The notes under the pieces were generated by a model. The model saw only the letters and a list, made by a program, of their open reading frames with translations. It searched no databases and was not told the origin of the DNA. From an uncultured virus (IMG/VR IMGVR_UViG_3300025848_000036) (lineage: Duplodnaviria > Heunggongvirae > Uroviricota > Caudoviricetes), in IMG/VR virus record IMGVR_UViG_3300025848_000036: 64,000 nucleotides of DNA. The stretch is one strand, 5' to 3'. Below, in pieces: positions 57,673-64,000 of this stretch. Every line of letters starts with the position of its first letter. Position 1 is the first letter of the stretch. The position numbers and the translations under genes are program-made.

Positions 57673-60599
57673 CCCAATCAACACCAGCCTCAACAAGCAT
57701 ATCTGCTAATGACTCATAGGACTTATTTTCAGGAATCTCAAGTGCCCCACAAAGTAATTCAAAACACTCATTCACATAAGCCTCAACTAATGGTGTAGAC
57801 TTGATTATATCCATATCCATGCAGTATGCTAGTGGCAAACCAATATCGTTATATGTTATAAAATCCTGCAAACTTTGTTCATCACGATATTCCATCCAGA
57901 AGTTTGCAAGGATCGCACATCTTTTAGAAAAGTCTGTATTGGTGTTGTTGTCTGTCATAACTATCTCTTTCATATTGTGCTGACTCTGCTATAACCATAA
58001 GACGATTATAGGATACCATTGGTGCTACCCTCGCTAGATAGACTCCAACTTTATCTATGTCAAGCCTTAAGTCTGAAACTATACCTGCGAGTTTGAGGGC
58101 AGCCCTCTCTTCATCAGTCATAGCGTATCTCATGGTTCCTCCATTGTATCAGAAAAGCAGGAGGGGCGCAAGGTAAGAAAGTAGGAAAAAACCTCACGCC
58201 CCATCCTTATTTAATTAACGAGAAGCGACCCAACTTCTCGTGCCCCAGCATAATAGTTGATGTATTCATCTATTGTGTGAGAAGAATCTGTATCAATAAC
58301 AGTATTAGTAGTAAAATCGACCATTGTGTAATGATATTCTTCCTCCCCACCAACTGGCCCTACATAAATTCCAAACCCAGTTTCTGAGTCCCAATCAGAG
58401 CCAATCAATTGGCTTATAACAATACGCAATGCATAGCCTGTATCACCAAGACGTGGCTTAGCCTTCTGCAGGGCCATAGCAAGGTCTACATCTTTAGAGT
58501 CTCCACCCCAGTGACTATATAACGTTAGAATGCCTTCTTCAGTTTTGAAATGGAAATTAGTTCTTGCTCCCATTGTGGGTCCTTTCGTTAGTACGGATAT
58601 CAAGCATATCAAAATCCAGCGGTAAAGTCAATTGTTCGAACATTGTAGATCTCCTAGTAGTGAAAGTCAACAGGTACTAAATATTGTTTTGAAGCCTTTT
58701 CAGGGTCTTCCAGGCGTTCCTTAAGGTAAACAGTGGCTGCTGTATACTCCTTACCGTCAAAGAAATGGCTATCAGGATTATAGTTGTTGCCTAACATTTC
58801 AGAGGCCAGTTTGACATAGTAACGATTCATATCAAACCTATCATCTGACATATCACGACCGTCAGCAAACTCTGAGATATCAGAGAAGAATTTATTAATG
58901 TCCATGCGCTCAATATAGGATTTCATGTTTTGTGTACGCCATTCAGTTATTTTATTTAAAGTCTCATTAAACTTTTCTGGATGTTCTGAATGGGAGATTA
59001 CATCCTCTTCTGAATCATTATATTGATTGTTAGGGTTTTCACTCCACCTACCCCCACCCACTACGTGCCAGTCGGACCAATCTGCGATACGATAACCTTC
59101 ATCGCTAGGTTCCAACAATGAGTAGACTTGGCCAAAGGCATCTTTTTTGCTTTCTGCCTCAACAGTAATATAGTGAATTGTATGCATTATAGGGTCTCCA
59201 GTTCTCTTAGTTCTTCTATTGTAGCGCAGGCTGGGCACTTTTCCAAATCTGCATCTTGAAACTTATCTCTAATCTCATTCTCAGGGTCGTCCCATTCTTC
59301 ATGACAGTTCTCACAGAAATAAACGGGTACACCAACCAAAACCTGTATATCAGTATCTTCAGGGAAAGGAACCTCAGTAATAAAGTATCCTAGTCTATTT
59401 ACAAATCCCCAACCAGACCAGATATAACTACCGCCGTCATCTCCGTCACCATACATCCAGATATTTTGTGGATTCTGGGATTTGACAAATTCTACCTCTT
59501 CGCCATATGTTTCGAACATGATACCAACACCGTCTTCATTTTGAAAAGAAGCATGTGGGTCAATGAGATTAGGGATTGGCTTATATGTTGCTTCCCACTC
59601 ATCCATTGTCATCTCAACAAATTTACGCATTATACATATCCTTTGCTTTATCTAGTACGATTGCAAGAGCCTCAATTGCTCCCTCATGATAGTCTTGCAT
59701 ACTTGAATCATCTTTGTCAAATTGGCCATTCTGACTATCTACTTTAGCAAAGATATCAGAGAGTTCTTGTTCATGTTCGTTAAGTTTGTTTTCAATAAAC
59801 ATGATGAGTTTTTCTACATATTCCGTGCCAATCTCAGTTGCACAATCGCCACACATGGCAGATTCATTTTCAGTGAAGGGTATGCTGCAGCCACACTGAC
59901 AGCACCAAGATTCATCACGCATTCCCATTAGAATGTCTCTTCAGGGTGGAAGTTAGGTTCGACATTATCTTTTGCAGGCTCATCATAGATTAGGGCAAAT
60001 GCTTCTGATAACCCCATAGCATAGCCTTCTGCTTCTTTGCGTTCGAAGCCGTCCATAGCATCGTCATAGCCTGTTTCAGCCTCAGCCTCGTGTAGTTCAT
60101 TGTAATTAGTCCAAGCAGTATCAATCATTGCTTGAAGCATTGCTTTCTTATCCATACTTTTTCCTTTTTTTAGATTACTATAATTCTAGCATTTTTGGGC
60201 AGGTATGTCAAATATGCCCACACCCACAGCCACAGCAGTAATTACATACAGTATCGTAGGATTCACAGTGCTGATCTAGATCTATATCCTCACCACACCT
60301 AGTACAGTTAAACATTGTACGTGGACAGTCTTCATAAGGGAATTCCTCCTGTTCCTCGCAGGTACAGAAACCAAACTTCTCAACCTGAGTCTCATGAGTT
60401 AGTTCTGCTAAATCAGACCAATACATAGTATCCATCATTCCCCCCAGTATCTTAGGATAGTTTTCATTGTCAAACATAAGTGGCAATCACAATCTCCACC
60501 ATTCATGTTTTCTATAAAATCAAAATGAGAGTAATTATCCTCATAAATAGTAGTAACGAGTTCGTCTATGGTATATGGCTTATAGGTTGTTTGGGTCAT
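57668..60599 (-). other. Array of small acidic, probably early hypothetical genes (57668-57958, 57924-58133, 58211-58573, 58654-59187, 59187-59630, 59623-59928, 59928-60155, 60208-60486)
   Basis: Several have TTGACN-17-TANNNT promoters and GAAAGG/GGAGG SDs; no recognisable domains apart from CxxC pairs. Confidence 0.6.
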
Positions 60600-60662
60600 A
60601 CATTTATTTTACTGGAATCATGGGGAATTGTCAAGCCCTTCTTAATACGTTCTTAATGAAAA

Positions 60663-60678
60663 TGTAATTAAAATCACA
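60663..60678. promoter_or_regulatory. CRP-like box
   Basis: TGTAA-TTAAAA-TCACA, upstream of TTGACA-17-TAAAAT on the minus strand. Confidence 0.55.
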
Positions 60679-60740
60679 TCTCGGGGGCTTTTTGTTTTTT
60701 ATTTTATGATCTGCAAATAAAAAAAATAAAATAAAAAAGT

Positions 60741-60768
60741 GAGCAGTTTTAATTCATGCTCAGGAATT
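60741..60768 (-). ncRNA. Conserved pseudoknot motif, copy 1
   Basis: AATTC-CT-GAGC-AT-GAATT-AAAACT-GCTC. Confidence 0.65.
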
Positions 60769-60775
60769 TTTTTAA

Positions 60776-61795
60776 TTATGCAACTTGCATAACATTCTGC
60801 ACAACTTTTAGCAGACGATTTTTTTCTGCGTTAATTGATGCATCGAAGCCAGAAGCAGCAGCAAGGATTGATTCGTTATTGCCACCACGAGCAGAGCGAT
60901 ACCAGTCAAGGCGTTCAGTAAGAGCGTTAAATGCACCCCACGCATTACCAGCAATCATGCCATTGAATTCGCCAGTGTAAATATCATTGATAACATCAAT
61001 TTTATTTTCCCACTTCTTCAATGCGCCCTTAGCATCTTTTTCAGGCTTTGGATAAGCAGCAAGAACAATATCGTTAAATTGCTTAGCATTAACTTCTTGC
61101 GAAATCATAGCGTGAGCCATTTTATCGAATTCGTCCATGTATGCATTAGCAAGACCAAGAGTCTCACGAGCAATCTGCACTTTACCATTGGCAGTTTGTG
61201 TGTGGCGAATCTTGAAAGATTGCTTAACGCCATTTTTCTTACGACCTACGCCACCAAGAGCAAGGTTAAGAGTATTAGCGCATACTACACGAACAGGTGT
61301 AATTGATGCCTGAATAGCGATTGAGCCATCGTGTGATGTGTTGATGAGCAAATAAGTTTTTACTTTATCTGCAACACCATTTGGGTCTAGGATTGTCTCA
61401 CGCTCAAGAGCAAGAGAGCCAAATACTACACGACCGCCACGAATAGCACCAGCAGTTTCCCAACGACCTCCGCCGTCTAGGATATTATCACCAAATGAAA
61501 ATAAATCTTCATTTTGCAATACATGATAACGCTCACCAACAACACCAAGAACATCAGTTTGTGATGAATCAGTAGGATTGGTACGAACAACATATTGATA
61601 AGATTTATCAGATGTTAAGTGAGATGGAATTTCCATATCTTCTAATCTAACATTCCAATTAGATAGATTAGCAGCATCTAGCATTTCGCTAGTAGTTTTT
61701 TCTTCAGTGAATACAGTGCCTAGACCATGCCAAGCAGGTTCACGGAATGATGCGAATGAAGCAACGCCATTTTGCGTTTCGAGTTCATGAGCCAT
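60776..61795 (-). CDS. DUF932 family protein (TIGR03299-like)
   Basis: PAWHGLG, LGVVGERY..LQN, ETAG, NTSHDGS, PVRVVCANT, IRHT, WGAFNALTE. Confidence 0.88.
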   Translation of the reverse strand: MAHELETQNGVASFASFREPAWHGLGTVFTEEKTTSEMLDAANLSNWNVRLEDMEIPSHLTSDKSYQYVVRTNPTDSSQTDVLGVVGERYHVLQNEDLFSFGDNILDGGGRWETAGAIRGGRVVFGSLALERETILDPNGVADKVKTYLLINTSHDGSIAIQASITPVRVVCANTLNLALGGVGRKKNGVKQSFKIRHTQTANGKVQIARETLGLANAYMDEFDKMAHAMISQEVNAKQFNDIVLAAYPKPEKDAKGALKKWENKIDVINDIYTGEFNGMIAGNAWGAFNALTERLDWYRSARGGNNESILAAASGFDASINAEKNRLLKVVQNVMQVA

Positions 61796-61882
61796 TTTTT
61801 TCCTTTCGATTGTTAATTTAAGTATAACAGGACAGGCTGACAAATGCAAATCGAGATAGTTAAACATGGGGCAAATCGGACA

Positions 61883-61898
61883 TGTGGCTTAAATCACA
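61883..61898. promoter_or_regulatory. CRP-like box
   Basis: TGTGG-CTTAAA-TCACA, upstream of TTGCAT-17-TATACT. Confidence 0.55.
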
Positions 61899-61976
61899 GG
61901 ATCTTAAGGCGTGTCGTAACTTGACAAATCAAAGTTTTGCCCCCCGAGCATTTTTGCCAGGAATAGAATTGAGAAG

Positions 61977-62002
61977 GGGCCTTTTAAACTCGTGCCCAGG
62001 AG
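61977..62002 (-). ncRNA. Conserved pseudoknot motif, copy 2
   Basis: CTC-CT-GGGC-AC-GAG-TTTAAAAG-GCCC. Confidence 0.6.
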
Positions 62003-62045
62003 CGGTAGATCCTAAAGAAAGGATGAAAGGGACCTACCAGTTCTT

Positions 62046-62456
62046 TCAATAGTCAACATTGTCTACAGACGATGACACATGTGTGATTTTGTCAATGTCA
62101 TATGTAATTGCATCAAAATCAATATCGCTGATGATTGAATCTACGTCTTCGCCTGCAGGTACTTCTACGGTAATGTAGTAAGTAACGTTTACTTCAACTT
62201 CAACTTCCTTAGTAAGTTCGAATCCACAAATTTCTGCAATCTCTTCTGCATTGGTTTGGGAAATCTCACGTTGCTCTAGGGCCTCAATTGTCCATGTATG
62301 CATACCGTCACGAATTCCCTGCAGTTCACCACGTGTTGCATAGTCACGTTGTGTTACACGCTGCACGTGCTCCTCTAACTGCTGAATGCGTTCGTCCTTT
62401 TGAGCAATTTGAGACTTAAGATAGTCCTCAGTGGCATTAATCATTGTTTGGTCCAT
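62046..62456 (-). CDS. Hypothetical protein
   Basis: SD GAAAGG; coiled coil followed by an acidic beta-rich region. Confidence 0.6.
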   Translation of the reverse strand: MDQTMINATEDYLKSQIAQKDERIQQLEEHVQRVTQRDYATRGELQGIRDGMHTWTIEALEQREISQTNAEEIAEICGFELTKEVEVEVNVTYYITVEVPAGEDVDSIISDIDFDAITYDIDKITHVSSSVDNVDY

Positions 62457-62719
62457 TATTCAATATCCTTTCCCATTGAATCCATTTCGTTAATTGTTTC
62501 AAGCATATCATTTAACTGCGCTTCTGTCAAACAAGCGTGTGTGACTAATGAGGCTGTTAGTGAAGCAAGATGAGCAGAGTAGTGAAACATTGCGTCAGAA
62601 AATTCTTCGTCAGTCATATTTTCACGAGATGAAGAAATTGACTTAGCCATAATTAATGTGCTAAAATCTGTGACGGCACTTCCAGTAGCGTCTTGAATTG
62701 CGAGTGCGGTTGATATCAT
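62456..62719 (-). CDS. Hypothetical protein
   Basis: Promoter TTGCAT-17-TATGAT; SD GAAAGG. Confidence 0.6.
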   Translation of the reverse strand: MISTALAIQDATGSAVTDFSTLIMAKSISSSRENMTDEEFSDAMFHYSAHLASLTASLVTHACLTEAQLNDMLETINEMDSMGKDIE

Positions 62720-62797
62720 TTTTTCCCTTTCTTTTGTACAATAATATAATCATAGCACTGGGGTCTGACAAATGCAACTTAATAGGCCCTCTTAAAA

Positions 62798-62813
62798 TGT
62801 GATTTGGGCCACA
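62798..62813. promoter_or_regulatory. CRP-like box
   Basis: TGTGA-TTTGGG-CCACA. Confidence 0.55.
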
Positions 62814-62858
62814 TCCTCGGGGGGTCCAAAATGTCCGAATTATTTACGCATAAATTAT

Positions 62859-62884
62859 GAGCCTTTTAGTGCCATGCTCAGGGC
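62859..62884 (-). ncRNA. Conserved pseudoknot motif, copy 3
   Basis: GCC-CT-GAGC-AT-GGC-ACTAAAAG-GCTC. Confidence 0.65.
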
Positions 62885-63034
62885 GTGTATCGCAATTTAA
62901 CGTTATGCGAGAACGATCTCACTAGGGGACTTTCGCAGAAGATCTGCCGTGAACGCAAGTGAGAAAACTAAGTGAGTTCTTACTTACGACATTGGGCGAG
63001 AACACTCACGAAACTGCCCCTGTTTCGTTCGCAA

Positions 63035-63202
63035 TTAGTAAGTTTTTACCATTGCAAATCGCTGTTGTCCATTTGCTAAGCGCAACATAACACGAGTTAC
63101 ATTTTTGCTTTGTGGCACAAACTTTTCAATTCGTCCTGTAACACCTGTTTTGCTTGTTGTGAATAAATCACCAATTTGGTAAGTGTATCCGCCTAATGTC
63201 AT
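63035..63202 (-). CDS. Small SH3/KOW-like protein
   Basis: YQIGDLFTTSKTGVTGRIE...RVML; SD GAAAGG before ATG63202. Confidence 0.6.
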   Translation of the reverse strand: MTLGGYTYQIGDLFTTSKTGVTGRIEKFVPQSKNVTRVMLRLANGQQRFAMVKTY

Positions 63203-63290
63203 TTTGGGTCTTGCCTTTCTGTTTTTGGGTCTTATTATTATTTTACTAGATTTTGGCAGGGAAGTCAAATACCCTCCCCTGCCTATCTAA

Positions 63291-63716
63291 TTACAAGTAT
63301 CTAGCGATAGCGTTGTAGGTAGAAGTAGAAACTACTTCCTCATCTGTCATCTTGAGAATACGGATTGCGTTCTCAATTTCCTCTTTCATTTCATTGTAAG
63401 AGTGTTGGTGTAGAACCTCAAAATCACGCTGTGGTTCAGCAGGAAAATCTGCTTCATTACAGGTTAGGTCAAAATCTACATTGAGAGTTTTGTTCCAAGA
63501 ACGATAGTTAGTGCGGAAGTTTTCTGCTTTTGCTATGTTAGCAACAGCAAACTTGCCAACTTCCTTACGCCACTTTTCTCTTGCCTTCTCATACTTTGCT
63601 TCGTTTTCTGATTGGTTAGCCCAACTCTTGTTGAGTTCTGCTAATTTAGTTTCTAAAGCCTTGATGACCTTAGTTGTAGCGATTTTCACGCTAATTGCTT
63701 TTTGGTTTCTAGCCAT
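63291..63716 (-). CDS. Hypothetical protein
   Basis: Promoter TTGATT-17-TATGAT; SD GAAAGG. Confidence 0.65.
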   Translation of the reverse strand: MARNQKAISVKIATTKVIKALETKLAELNKSWANQSENEAKYEKAREKWRKEVGKFAVANIAKAENFRTNYRSWNKTLNVDFDLTCNEADFPAEPQRDFEVLHQHSYNEMKEEIENAIRILKMTDEEVVSTSTYNAIARYL

Positions 63717-63786
63717 TGGTATTTCCTTTCTTTTTGGGTTTTTGGGTCTTATGCTATCATAGCATTTCTACGATAGAAAATCAAGT

Positions 63787-63816
63787 GAGCAGTTTATCCT
63801 CCACTTGCTCAGGTGG
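63787..63816 (-). ncRNA. Conserved pseudoknot motif, copy 4
   Basis: CCAC-CT-GAGC-AA-GTGG-AGGATAAACT-GCTC. Confidence 0.65.
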
Positions 63817-63833
63817 CGTTAGCGTTTGCTAAA

Positions 63834-64000
63834 TTACTTTGCTGTCCAAGTTGTCCAGCGAGGTGTTCCAGCGACATCAAGTTTTACACGAACACTTTGT
63901 CCGTCTTTGTTTGGCTTGATTTCTGTGATAGTGCCTGTTACCTTTGACTTCTGTGAAGTGTAGAGGTCGCCTACCTTGTAAGTTGCTGTTGCTACTGCCA
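63834..64000 (-). CDS. Small SH3/KOW-like protein, paralog of 63035..63202 (start cut by the window edge)
   Basis: (M)AVATATYKVGDLYTSQKSKVTGTITEIKPNKDGQSVRVKLDVAGTPRWTTWTAK. Confidence 0.6.
   Translation of the reverse strand, partial: AVATATYKVGDLYTSQKSKVTGTITEIKPNKDGQSVRVKLDVAGTPRWTTWTAK

Noticed and set aside
1..64000. Prophage boundary, integrase, IS element or reverse-transcriptase system
   Set aside because: No integrase, transposase, reverse transcriptase, att-like duplication or bacterial housekeeping region was recognised; the whole window is phage-like.

Overview
This window is a 64 kb segment of a large, AT-rich tailed dsDNA phage read in the standard genetic code. The host is most likely a low-GC freshwater actinobacterium (inferred from WhiB, a PHP-DnaE replisome, many leaderless genes, GAAAGG ribosome-binding sites and a short-arm tRNA-Leu). 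The + strand (1 to about 44.8 kb) runs through the end of the tail/structural genes, a DnaB-DnaG-SSB-DnaE-MazG-RecA replisome, resolvases and a Cas4-like nuclease, terminase, secreted/surface proteins, five tRNAs, a hydroxylase/glycosyltransferase/carbamoyltransferase cluster, endolysin, an APS-kinase fusion, WhiB, a holin, Hsp20 and Dps. The - strand (about 47.6-64 kb) carries three tRNAs, sulfotransferase-like genes, PduO and many small probable early genes. Most notable observations: (i) a covarying pseudoknot RNA motif in four copies downstream of early genes; (ii) CRP-type TGTGA-N6-TCACA boxes at early promoters; (iii) a cluster of perfect DnaA boxes, a candidate origin; (iv) a prolyl-hydroxylase + Hyp-GlcNAc-transferase-like + carbamoyltransferase cluster, with 12 2OG-Fe(II) oxygenases in the window overall; (v) a ROSE-like thermometer on hsp20; (vi) a probable ATA start on a secreted PA14 protein; (vii) several orphan structured RNA candidates. 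All protein calls come from motif recognition by eye, not from database searches.
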